The notes under the pieces were generated by a model that saw only the letters and a list, made by a program, of their open reading frames with translations, made no database searches and was not told the DNA's origin. From positions 1-63,617 of the forward strand of contig NIVC01004035.1 of the NCBI GenBank assembly GCA_002269645.1: a stretch of DNA of 63,617 bases, read 5' to 3'. Made by a program: the position numbers and the translations under genes. Below, piece by piece: positions 10,789 through 21,539 of this stretch; positions within the stretch are counted from its first letter, which is position 1, and each line of letters opens with the position of its first letter. The DNA is from Macrostomum lignano. Its lineage: Eukaryota.

Positions 10789-11316
10789 AGGCCAAGATAC
10801 AAGAAAAGTCCTTAAAACAAATTAAAACTTAAAACTTAAAACTGTATAAATAAAATTAAAACTTAAATAATACTACTTTAAGTAGACCTAGGTCGGCTAA
10901 ATACAAGAGAATGTCCTTATTCTATTACGCTACTGAAAAACCTAAACAGCAGCTTCCTGGCGCCTCGTTGCAGAAGTCGTGCGCCGCCGGCCGGCCGGTT
11001 GCAGACCGCTGGGCGAAGCCTGGCGCCGCCTGAAGCCGCAGCTGAGCCGCCGAGCCGCCGCCGCCGCCGAGCCGCCTGACCGAGCCGTCGAGCCGAGCCG
11101 CCAAAAGTCGCCGAGAGTCGCCGAGAGCCGAGAGCCGCCGAGAAGTGCCTGCTCGAAGAGCGATGCTGCAGCAGAAGCCGGTGCCGGACGCCAGGTAGGT
11201 GGCCACCCCAGATGCCAACTCGCAGTGAAGCAAGAGATACCCGAAGGCCCACACTGTGGATACCTGTAGTATCTCAATACTTTAAAGCTTGTTGGTTACC
11301 AAGGCAACCAGCAACC

Positions 11317-11331
11317 AGAATAAAGGAAAAC
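11317..11331 (+). repeat. 15-bp direct repeat AGAATAAAGGAAAAC (TSD candidate, 5' side of LINE copy 2)
   Basis: Exact match to 4703-4717. Confidence 0.85.
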
Positions 11332-11601
11332 AACAAAGAACTTATCAATAATTATAAGAAAGCCGCAAATTTGCGATCTAACGCTACCATGAATATTTTC
11401 CCTGGCTTTAACTACTGACAGTAGGGCAAAAGCATATCTTCCCTACTACTCTAGTTTAACTTAAAAAGCCTCATTGAACGTTGATGAATACTGGAAATGG
11501 CTGAGCAGAGTGCTCTAGAATCAAATTTTAGGCAATTTGCGCATCAGTAAGTTTGGTTGCAACTCCAGCAGCAACAGCTTGGCTTCGCATATCTGACCTG
11601 A

Positions 11602-12190
11602 TTAAATTAGTTTTTCCCACTGGATCCTCTTCCTCTTTTGCTTCTTTATCGCTGTCGCCTTGTTCTTCTTGATGATCTTCTTGATTTGTTTGTCAAGTTC
11701 GGGTGTATCCAAAAGACCTTCGGTAGGTGATCTGATAGGTTCGGGCTGTGGTCCGTGTACACTTTTCTCACGGTCTTGTGCCTCTGGTCTTTTCTTACCA
11801 GGAAACCGTCCAGTTCGTACCATCTCTTCGTTTTTGGGTGTTTCCAAGTGCCCCCTACTTTTGCTTGAAGAAGGAGCTTGTCCATACCAGGTTCCACTCT
11901 TCCATCCACAGCATTAAATATATTCCTTGTTCGTTAGCCGTTTGCATGTTGCATTTTCCTATGCAGGTGAACGGGGTTCCAGATTTCGGGTTCATTCTTG
12001 TATTGTTGCTTCCTACTGATGCATTGAAGTCGCCCCGATGAAAATGGCCTTCTTTTGTCCTACCCTTGTCATGAGTCTTTCGAGTTCATTCCGTATTTCT
12101 GAGGTTGTCTTGTCGTAGCCTTCGACGCCTTTGACTGGTTGGTATACCGAGATTAGTATGCAGTCACCTAATTCAATTGCCAGGCCAAAA
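11602..12190 (-). pseudogene. Fragment of an RTE-like LINE APE endonuclease
   Basis: Translated pieces ILISVYQP, IFIG-DFNASVG, TWKHPKTKRWYELDGFLVRK and LSDH. Confidence 0.75.
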
Positions 12191-13062
12191 CTTTGGGCCA
12201 GTTTTGATGCCCCAAAACTCCACTCAGACCGGCACTGCTGGTAATCTTCACCTTCTTCCGCCCATGCTTTTGACGTCTGGATTGCATGATGGGACTGTCT
12301 TTGTCGGCAAAATTACCAACGAATCGAAGTTCTTTGAACCGGCGAACAACCTTCGTACGCCAAAAGCTTGAGCTCCCATCCTGAGACCGGTCTTTTAAGC
12401 CAGGATACGAGGTGATGATTGCCGTACAGATGTCCGTTAATTGGCTCGATGATAGGTACGGATTAGTTGGTGACAAATACTTCGAGGTGACGTCGTCGAC
12501 AATAAACTTTAGGAACTTATTAACAAATGCTGAGTTCAGCTTGAAATCCACACCCTTATCAGGGTGCATTCGAAGTTCGCAAAGAGCATCGCTAAGGAAA
12601 TCCATACGAGGAAGCGAGTACACCGCAGGCCAAGCCATCAAAGTATCGGCTGGGGTTTGCTGGACTCGATTGGGTGTCACTAATACTGTCAGATCAGATG
12701 CTGCAGCTATGTTCGCTGCATCCGGTGTCCGATCCACTTTAGACACAGTGGACGGTTCAGGCAGCAATTGACTAGGTGGCACTGGGACCAGTTCACCTTG
12801 AAGGAGAAAAAAATTTCCCTCCTTCTTTAGCTACCTCCGCTATAATTTCGTCATCGTCGATTTCGAACCCGTCGGCTGTAACGATGCGCACGTTTTCAGC
12901 ATCTTCTATGCCTAATTTAGTGCAGCCCTTAGTTCTTAATTCGGCGAGGGAGAGCCCAGATGCTGGTAACAGCTTCTTACTCTCCTCGTTGAAGTTGCAG
13001 ATTCGAAGCTGAAATGAGAGTAGATTGAAACAACTCCAATCAGAATAGATCTGGTAAGACAT
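12168..13062 (-). pseudogene. CIDE-N-like domain followed by a SAMD3-like/transposon-associated domain; frameshifted and 3' truncated
   Basis: RICNFNEESKK...LAELRTKGCTKLGI...IVTADGFEIDDDE fits the CIDE-N pattern; ICTAIITSYPGLKD...FWRTKVVRRFKELR resembles SAMD3-like transposon ORFs. Probable short intron (GTATGT...TTTCAG) at about 13011-13064. Confidence 0.55.
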
Positions 13063-13683
13063 ACTCAGTCAAAAAGTGGGGAGGGAAGTGCAAATAATAA
13101 TTTACCTAGTGCAATTTTTTGTATTTTAATTTTTTTTTTACTTTAAAGGTCTTACATAAACTTAAGAGCAAGATGGATGGATATGAATGGGCTTTAAACC
13201 TTTTTTATTTTGTTTTTTGATCAATTGATAAGTCCAGCATAGACTTAAGTACAATATGATTTACTTGTAGGCTTTAACTTCAACTTCAAATGTCAACATT
13301 TTGACAGTACAGCAGAATGAATACATTTTAGGCAAGGAAATAATTCGAAAACCGGCATCCACTTAATAGGTCTAGCCTAATCAAGAATGGGCAAGCCAAT
13401 CTGTCATAAAAAGGTAATTGTTATACATATAGACCAGAAATCTATTAAAATTGGAGAGCAAATTTCCTAGTGCTTGAGGCAAGGCAATCCTTGTATTTAT
13501 TTGTAAGTTAGCAATAACCTTTATTTTACTATTGTTCTAGGGGAAACTCCTGTCCTAATATTTCACCGTGCCACCAAGTTGTAGACCTAGCTGCCCGTCT
13601 AATATCACTAAATGCCTACTTTAAATATTCTAAACTATGAATTTTTCTAGGAATTCCTAACTCACACGATTTCTTAGAAACCT

Positions 13684-14448
13684 TGTGATAGCGTGTAGTG
13701 CCCAAGCGGTAAGCCACTGTCTAATTCCCTAATTCAGTCCTTAAGTCTGACGTTTTCCGAGGATCAAGGGTGTCCAGTGGTAACTAATCTACTTCCCTAA
13801 TGCCTAATCTCTTTAGCGCCTAATGTCTATTGTAGCCTGTACGGCTTTCTTAGGGTCTGTACGACCTCGAGATTCTCCTTCTGGCCTCTATCCTGGGTCT
13901 TCACGACCTCTGGTGGATTTCCTATTCAGGTCCTAGTTTGGGTCTCCACGACCTCAAGTTTCCCTATTCAGATCCCTAGTTTGGGTCTCCACGACCTCAA
14001 GTTTCTTTACTCAGATCCCTAGTTCTTGGTCTCCACAACCTCAAGTTTCCCTATTCAGATCCCTAGTTTGGGTCTCCACGACCTCGATTTTCCCTATTCT
14101 CAAAGAAATAACGAGATGAGTCTTAGCCAAATTTAATTTGTTCCACTAAGAGCTTCTCACAAACAGCAAGAACTGTTAAGAGCAAAATGCCAAACAAGAA
14201 AAGGTTATTTTATTTTAGAGTTGACCCGGATCCCTTTTATACTAAATATTTTGGGAAGAAGGACTACATTAAAACAAAATTGGTGAGTTAAAACAAATTT
14301 AGCAAGAATTAAAACAAAAAAAGGGATAGCATTTAAACAACTAAAGAAATTATTTGATTGGTTGAGAATTTGGTTCGCGCTTAACTACTGTTAGTATTAA
14401 TTATAGGTTAATTAAATCCTGCCTCACTATACATATAATAGCTACACA
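13684..14448. repeat. LTR-like dispersed repeat, copy A (contains about 40-bp tandem subunits)
   Basis: Starts TGTGATAGC and ends GCTACACA; TATA-like and AATAAA motifs on the minus strand; homologous to 22801-22941 + 27264-27888. No canonical PBS or TSD seen. Confidence 0.5.
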
Positions 14449-15267
14449 TTTACTATTAATTTAATCATCTATAGAAGTCCATATTGGATAATATTTTAGA
14501 GTAGAAAATAGTTTCCCATTGAAAATAAGCAAAGTAACTGGTTGATGATTAAAATGATTTGTGGGTTCAATGAACATTATATTGTCACTTTCAATAGTAC
14601 ACAAGAAGCTATTGTTATGGCAAGAAAATTTTGTCTTTACATTGTTGCAAACAAGAACCCATTTATTTGAAACTTGAATTATATGACATATTAAGGCTAT
14701 AGAAATACCACTTGGTGTTAAAGTAGGCAAGCAAAACCGACTATCTTTTGAAGGAATTTTATAGATAAAACCTTGACATTTCAGCTCTTTAGTTGACAAA
14801 CAAATTGTTCCAATTGAGTTTACATCTAAATTTAGTTTTGTACGTAAGTCACTCTTTAATTTAATTTAATTTAATTTAATGAGCTCATTAAATGTACTCG
14901 TACGTGCAACTATAACGAAGATACCTGATTAAAATTGTAATTTCAATCAGCTCAAGAGCTGCATGTACGCCCGTATATGTAGCAGAACAGCAGTTTCAGC
15001 TTTCTTATCGTCGTCCAGCGAATTTAAGCTTTCATCGTATATCTACATGTGTAATGCATGTAAAATTTTTACAATATGGATCAGGTCAGTTTACCGATTT
15101 ACAGCTTTTTTCAACAAGTTTTCGGCTAATTCATCTATTCTTTTTTCATATATACAAACATGCATGTGACGCTACTAAGAGCAAGTGAGCCGCAAATGTG
15201 CGGTATTTTCTTTCATTAAATGTCCCACATTGTTCCAAAGTTTTTTAACGAACAATACGACTATTCC

Positions 15268-16176
15268 TTTTTGCGGCCTATTTGGTACTGCAAGCTTTCA
15301 TTTTAATCATGGATACGGAAATCAGGCTTGCGAGACTGAAAATTTACTGTCTATGGTCGACACTCATTGGCATAGCGGAGTTCAATTTAATCCTGGGGGC
15401 ATCAATTTGATCATTCTAATCATATAACGTTAGATATCCAGTGCTATAGCACAATTCGTTTACTTATCATTGAGAAAATCTAAAGCAGAACATTACAATA
15501 AACAAATAAAAGCTTTAGCGTTGAATGTCGTCGAGTCAGGCTGAAATAAACCTCCGCATCTGCCGGTACCGCCTCCGCGTTTTGCAACTTTCACCCCACG
15601 GGTTGCGTCCTCTGCAACCCTCTGTAGGACAAGGATTCGCCACTCTCGTAGCGAATGACCATCAGGCGGAGTGTCCAGCTCTTCTTGCAGTTGTGGTTGA
15701 GTCAGCTGGCGTTTGATGGTGCCTTCAGACAGGCGTGCGCGTTTTCCACAGGATTGAGGACTGGAGAGTATGGAGGCAATGTCACCAGGCGCCAATCGGG
15801 CTGAAATTGATCTGGGATTGTCACTCCATGATGAAAACGGGCTCCATCCATGATCACATGATCACACAGAACTCCTCGCTATCAGGTACATCACCACGAC
15901 TCGTCACGCTTTGCACCAGATCATTGATGGACGTCTGGAACCTGAATGCCGTCATAGTCTCTCCGAGGATCATATGATGTAAAAACAAGTTAAAAACAGG
16001 TTTCGCTGACATTAAAAATGTGCATTGAATGCATAGAATGATCAAATTGATCAAAATCAACTCCGCTATGCCAGCGAGTGTCGACCATAGACAAAAAAAT
16101 TGAGTCTCGCAAGCCTGATTTCCGTATCTATGATCAAATTGAAAGCGTGCAGTACCATGCAACTAGGCCGCAAAAA
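15268..16176 (-). mobile_element. Internally deleted IS630/Tc1/mariner-type DNA transposon
   Basis: Diverged inverted repeats of about 150 bp (15268-15416 / 16036-16176) enclose the transposase C-terminus VIMDGARFH...LPPYSPVLNPVE (33 residues between D and E), with frameshifts. Confidence 0.75.
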
Positions 16177-16569
16177 AGAAATATTCACTTAGACTATAAA
16201 TATCCTTTTCGTTGGACGAACGTTTTGGGCAGCCTGGGCATGTCCTAATTACTCGTAGTTAGTTTTTCTCTATGATCTTAAAAGCTTTTCTTTTTATTTT
16301 CGTACTTCTATAATTTACAAACGCAAACAGTAGCAAACTTACGATAATACTACGACTATCTAGGTAATAGGCTTCGAACCGAAGCCCCTTTATAATCCGA
16401 AAACAATGAAAACTAAACTTCAATGCTTTTGTCATTGTCCAATCAAATTTGGCCAATCAGCGAACCGCAAGCAAAAACGTGGACATAAACTCGTAACTAT
16501 ATAAACAGGAGCTGGGACTTGTTGAGAAGGTGTCTTTTTGTTGGAAATTTAATTAACAAAAAATCAATC

Positions 16570-17325
16570 ATGAATACCAATTATCCTCTTATAATGCTGC
16601 TCTGTGTAGCTCTTATTGTTAGAACAGCGACAACTATAGTCATGTTCACCACTGCCAAAATGCGGAGCAACTCGGCTCTGGTTGCCATGGATACTCTGAC
16701 TGGCATCGGCAGGCTGAAATGCGCCGAGCTCTGCACTCTAAGATCTGACTGCTATGGCTTCAGCTGGCTGATGCAGGGTCTGTGCAGATTTTTCAACTTC
16801 AATGCTTTCCACGACGCCTGGATGAGCTCGGATGTCTGCGATGTTTACACCGCCAGGAATGGTGAGTTTGAGAGCACGGTGCACATACATGTATGTAGCT
16901 ATGTATGCATGCAGTTGTGCTATAATTGCATTCTAGATGCAGTGAAGCTGAGCTTCATCAGCTGCAACCAGAGCTCAGTCCAGATGGATGGAGTTTGCGA
17001 GCGAGCATTCGATGGCGATACGAACCAGGACTACTATTATCGATCCTGCACCCACACGGCTGACGGTCAGCTGGGCTGGTGGGAGTCTCAGCTGTCCCGA
17101 CCCGCCTTTGTCTCGCATGCCACAATCTACAACCGTCAGGACTGCTGCAGCTACCGACTGAAAAAGCTGTCCCTGCAGGTGGACGGCTCTGAGTGCTACC
17201 GACTGAACACAGAGAAATTTTCCGTGGCCACCTTCCAGTGCAACGTCTTCGGCACCAAATTCGGAATATTCAGTTTGCTGGACAATTCAATCAACATCTG
17301 TGAAGTGGAGATCTTTGGATTTTGA
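16570..17325 (+). CDS. Secreted PAN/apple + F-type lectin (fucolectin) domain protein; 2 exons (16570-16861, 16937-17325)
   Basis: Signal-like N-terminus; PAN pattern CAELC...C.GF...C; AFDG...CTHT...WW...NRQDCCSYRL gives an exact HX26RXDX4R fucose-binding motif; 75-nt GT-AG intron. Confidence 0.85.
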   Translation: MNTNYPLIMLLCVALIVRTATTIVMFTTAKMRSNSALVAMDTLTGIGRLKCAELCTLRSDCYGFSWLMQGLCRFFNFNAFHDAWMSSDVCDVYTARNGEFESTVHIHVCSYVCMQLCYNCILDAVKLSFISCNQSSVQMDGVCERAFDGDTNQDYYYRSCTHTADGQLGWWESQLSRPAFVSHATIYNRQDCCSYRLKKLSLQVDGSECYRLNTEKFSVATFQCNVFGTKFGIFSLLDNSINICEVEIFGF

Positions 17326-18213
17326 GTGCTTTTTAAAGCAGTAACATTTCAATATCGGTTTAAACAATATTTTACACATAACGACCAAATGGCGTAACTA
17401 AAACTTAAATGTAAAATAAATATTGGGCGGGTTTACTTTTAGTCCGCATATGGTCGAAGTTTCTCTAAAATAGGATATATAATGCAGTAGGAAGCTCTTT
17501 CTATAATCCTCTTTTTGGTTAATTTTACTAATCTTAAAAATTCATTTTATTACATTTTTTCTTAAAATTTATCTATCAAAACCTGTTAATTTAGGAAATA
17601 AGAAATTTTTCGTCTTAAATTTTGAACTCTTAATTCATTTCGCTTTTTTGTCACTGCTTTTATTGTCGTAACACAATTGCCACTCAATTTTTTATTATAT
17701 TTTATTGCCTTTTTTAGTTAGTCCTATAGCTACTTTTACAAAGCTTATCGTGTAGCGTTTGACTGCAATTTTTAGCTTAGTTTCTTAGAATGGTGGCGCG
17801 TTTTCATTGTTAAAATCTTAAACTTTTTTGTAGACAATAAAATATTTTCTTTTGACAGCTTCTCCGCTATCAATTTAAAACATCATAATAACTTTCATAG
17901 CCAGTTCACTGCACCTTAAAGATGAAGAGGAACTGGAATCAAAAAAGCATTTTTGCTTTTGGTTTTCCATCAAGGCATTGCCATATTGCGAGCTTACTCA
18001 CATGTTCTATAAGAGTACATATTGTTTGACTGCAATTCAAACACTACACTTTTAGCTCCGAAATCCGAAATGCAATGACTAAGTGGTAAAATCACGCAGT
18101 TTCGTCAGTACCTTGGGGCTTTAGAGAGCAGGCACGAGCTTGCATAACCATCAGAAGCTCGCGCGCAATTTCATGGAGACTCACAAACATACGAGTAAAC
18201 GAGCAATGGTAGA

Positions 18214-18296
18214 TTGTATAGTATGCAACTGAGTTGAATAATGGCCAAAACTCGAGTGCCTATGGCCATTATTCAACGAAGTTGCATACTATACAA
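18214..18296. repeat. Hairpin with 34-bp stem (2 mismatches) and 15-nt loop, followed by 3 copies of CATTATTCCACACTTTT
   Basis: 18214-18247 is the reverse complement of 18263-18296. Confidence 0.85.
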
Positions 18297-18870
18297 GTAC
18301 ATTGTATTTATACTTTCACTCAGCGCTCAGTCATTATTCCACACTTTTGCGGCCATTATTCCACACTTTTGTCGCTGTCATTATTCCACACTTTTTATCA
18401 TGCTTCAATTGGCTGTGTTAAGAGTTGTTTTACCCATAGACGACTGTGTTGTGTGGTTTAGTTTGACCATAGACAACACTGATGAGTGCTGATTTTGCTT
18501 GCGTCTTACAAGAAATCAGGAAAGCGAGTAGTGCGAAAAAAAGCTATTTGTCTTCAATCAAACAACTATGTCTGGTGCGTCTCGTCAAACAGCCGCGCTT
18601 ATTAATTGAAAAAATCTTCCTGTCGAAGACTGAACGAACCGTGCGGCGCTACCCAGGAAGAAAATGCGACCATGCAGTCTTCAACGCCTCGACGGCTATA
18701 AGCGATGTCTCAAAGCGGCCAATCGATTCAGTCGAGCAGCCGACAGTCCCAAAGAATCCCAGCTTGGATACTGCGGTACCAAAGAAGCTCATCAGTCGCA
18801 AGCCAACTTAACCAAGACATGCATCTTTCAAATTGTAAGTTCGGTAACTATACTTGAGCACCTGTATTTC

Positions 18871-19696
18871 TAGAAAGCTTAATATCAACATTTGAATATG
18901 ATTACAATTTCTAACAACTTCAACGCGTTTCGCACGCCATGGTGCATCGTCAGGATTTTATTAGAACGATTTGAGAAATTGAGATTGAAAGCGATTGATT
19001 AAATATTGGTTTTTGCAACGTACACAGGTAAGGAGGGTAAGATTGAAAACAATTGATTACAACTTGGCTTTAACAACATACATAGGTATAGTAGGTAGGA
19101 GAGAGAATTATAGATTGAGAATGAAAGTTAAACCAAATGTACACAATTCTTGTCCAGTGGTCAAAAGGCAGAATCAGGGGAGGTAGCTAGCTAAGGTAAT
19201 TGAACGTCAAGCTAAGTGTACACAGCGTGCACGACTGTGTCACTCACTGTTCAGAAAACGCGGAGAACGTGACCTGCACCACTATGTTGTAATTGGGTGT
19301 TGAGATTCGGGGTCTGAGCTTTTATGTGCAGGGCCTCGAGAATTCTAAGTTTGGCGTCAGTATGGCTTTGGTCAATGATTTTAAAGTGTTCTTCTGGTTT
19401 GCAGTCATTGCCCGAAATATTTGTTCATGGCAATGACCTCCGGACAATGACCGGCCATTTTCTGGAGGTAAAAAAACAAGACTGGACAACAATACCATAG
19501 GCGAAAAAAGTAACACGAAGCGTGAAATTCTTATATTTATTGAAGTCCAACAAAAAATGTTCCAACAATAACACTGCTTAGTCAATTGAGTGCAAGTCTA
19601 ACCTATGGTCATGTTCTCATCACGACAGCAGGAGAAAGTCCAGAAAATACGACGGTTGAGTCCATTACTCAAATTTGCAACCATTGAATGAACAGT
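18871..19696. repeat. Left arm of 826-bp inverted repeat
   Basis: Reverse complement of 21540-22365; the ORF track shows identical peptides on opposite strands. Confidence 0.95.
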
Positions 19697-21121
19697 CGTG
19701 GAAACTGTACCTGACCGACGGATTGTCATGACTGATGCCGGTGATCTGCACGGAAGACGACACAGGTACTGGCACCGGTGAACTCTCACGCAATGGAGTC
19801 GCAACAGCTTGTGAAGAACCATTCAAATCAAGTGCCATAGAAACAGCCTCACTGGTAGACTGCAGCGAGCGATCACGGCGCTTGGACAGGTAACGGCGAG
19901 TTGTCCTCTCAGAAACCTGACCGGTTATCGACATGATGTCAGTCAGGTTGTACCCAGCAGCCTCTAGATCAGCAATCCTGCTCACTCTACAACAGAAATA
20001 AAGTATTGCATAGAAAATATGCAACTGGTTTAAAGCAATATGAAGAAAAAGGCTTACCGAATGCAATGATTCGTGTACATCTTGGACAAACCGGCCTTCT
20101 CGCTCAAGTTTCGCATGAAACGCAGGAAGTAGTTCTCCCCGCGATTCTGCTTTGTTGAGAACATAGGCTGTCCATTGGAATCCGTGTTGGATAGTGGACG
20201 CGGGAACAGATGGTTGTCCTTGGTTGTTGGAGGTAGCAGTTGTAGATATCTCCTCACTTTGGCCGTGTCGTAGATCCGAGCTTGTTTGTTGTCCGGCCTG
20301 GCCTTCGCCTTCACAGGATCGGCTGACTTATTCTTCGTTGGCAGAGCAGGAAGACAGTAGTACTCCTTGCCGTCAGAATCCGTGTGCAATTCAAGCGAGT
20401 CCCTTTGTCTCAGGAACTTCAGATGCTCCTGGCCACGCTCTCCAAAGGAGTAAAGAACATAGAACAGAAATTTAGCCTGCTCGATTTCAGCCGTAGTCCC
20501 TTCAAAGTAGCACCGCAACTTCTGCATGTCGCCTTCTTCAATTGGTTCATACTGCCTGGTGCAGCCACCATCTCGATGGAAATCACGAACCTTGACACGC
20601 AGCATCTCGTTGCAGGAATTGAATTCCTCACCACCGATTATATCGACAGGCAGCTTCAGAACCATGCGTAGGAAACGCTGAATTCCAGCCCGGATACAGA
20701 TGAGAGAGGCCGGCGAGTAGAACGAGCCATCCTGTTTCTTCAGCTTGAAGTAGAAGTACCGAAGATATTGGTTCAATGTAGGATTGTTGACATGCTGAAT
20801 GTTGCGCAGATTCTCCCCTTCCAGGAAGTCTCGAAAACGTTGGCCATGCTGGTACATCTGCTTCCGAGTATCCTCAGGCAGACTCTCGATCTCGATTCTG
20901 TCCATCTCGGAAACGTCTATCTTTTCATCTCCATCGATCATTGGCAGCCCAGTATCAGCTGGACCATTTTGGACATACTTCAGGAACGCATCGAAATCTT
21001 CGTCGTGCCGATCAACGGCAGAGGATTCCGAGAGGAAGTTCAGTTCATCCTGCGTGATGTTGCCGAGGTCCTCACACGGGAGGTTACCCCAATTAATATA
21101 ATGTATTATCGGGTCGCTCAT
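19665..21121 (-). CDS. Crypton-type (DUF3504-like) tyrosine recombinase; exons 21121-20058 and 19986-19665
   Basis: LRYFYFKLKKQDGSFYSPASLICIRAGIQRFL, GERGQE (R), TKNK (K), YTNHCIR (HxxR), ITGQ and RRY (Y). A 71-nt GTAAGC...TTGTAG intron splits the Arg codon and restores the frame. Confidence 0.9.
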
Positions 21122-21128
21122 GATGGAC

Positions 21129-21534
21129 AGAAAACTCTTGAATCAACAGGTTTGGACAGACTACTTACTGCCTGGGAATCCCTCACACAAACCCCTTCAC
21201 CCCCACTGAAAGTTTTGCCATAGACATTTCAACCCTCCATTCAATCAATAGGATTGTCATTGCCATGAACTCTCCACGCCTTTTGGCTTTCGTGCCATAG
21301 ACGTTTGTGCCTCCTCCTTCTGGGCCACTTCGATTCGTGCCATAGATATTTCCTGCAATGAAGTTAACTGGAAGAGAGAACTCCAGGCAACGGCCAAATT
21401 TCCACTCGCGGCTATTGATTGAATGGAGGGTTGAAATGTCTATGGCAAAACTTTCAGTGGGGGTGAAGGGGTTTGTGTGAGGGATTCCCAGGCAGTAAGT
21501 AGTCTGTCCAAACCTGTTGATTCAAAAGTTTTCT
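21129..21534. repeat. Inner 123-bp inverted repeat (21129-21251 / 21412-21534) with 160-bp spacer
   Basis: Direct reading; one mismatch seen. Confidence 0.9.
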
Positions 21535-21539
21535 TCAAA

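Larger units (their letters stand above)
4718..11316 (-). mobile_element. Non-LTR retrotransposon copy 2 (I/Jockey-like, AlkB-Gag ORF1, APE-RT ORF2), end-to-end but RT internally deleted
   Basis: GC-rich 5' UTR, ORF1, ORF2, about 830-nt 3' UTR ending AATAAA...stem-loops...TGAAAAA, flanked by 15-bp direct repeats. Confidence 0.9.

Noticed and set aside
10917-11277. Several overlapping ORFs of about 100 aa in the GC-rich LINE 5' region
   Set aside because: Low-complexity GGC/CTCGG repeats keep all frames open; interpreted as 5' UTR/promoter.
13860-14100. CRISPR-like regularly spaced repeats (also 27300-27580 and 61575-61710)
   Set aside because: Units are contiguous near-identical tandem repeats without unique spacers; eukaryotic context and no cas genes.
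18330-18395. DnaA-box-like TTATTCCACA repeats
   Set aside because: One-base mismatch to TTATCCACA and eukaryotic context; more likely transposon subterminal iterons.
18478-18520. CTGATGAG...GAAA hammerhead-like core
   Set aside because: No closing stem II (C before GAAA is absent) and no stems I/III.
18995-19585. Duplicated small ORFs (MIKYWFLQ..., MTKQCYCW...) seen twice on opposite strands
   Set aside because: Non-ATG starts and no motifs; the duplication simply reflects the inverted arms.
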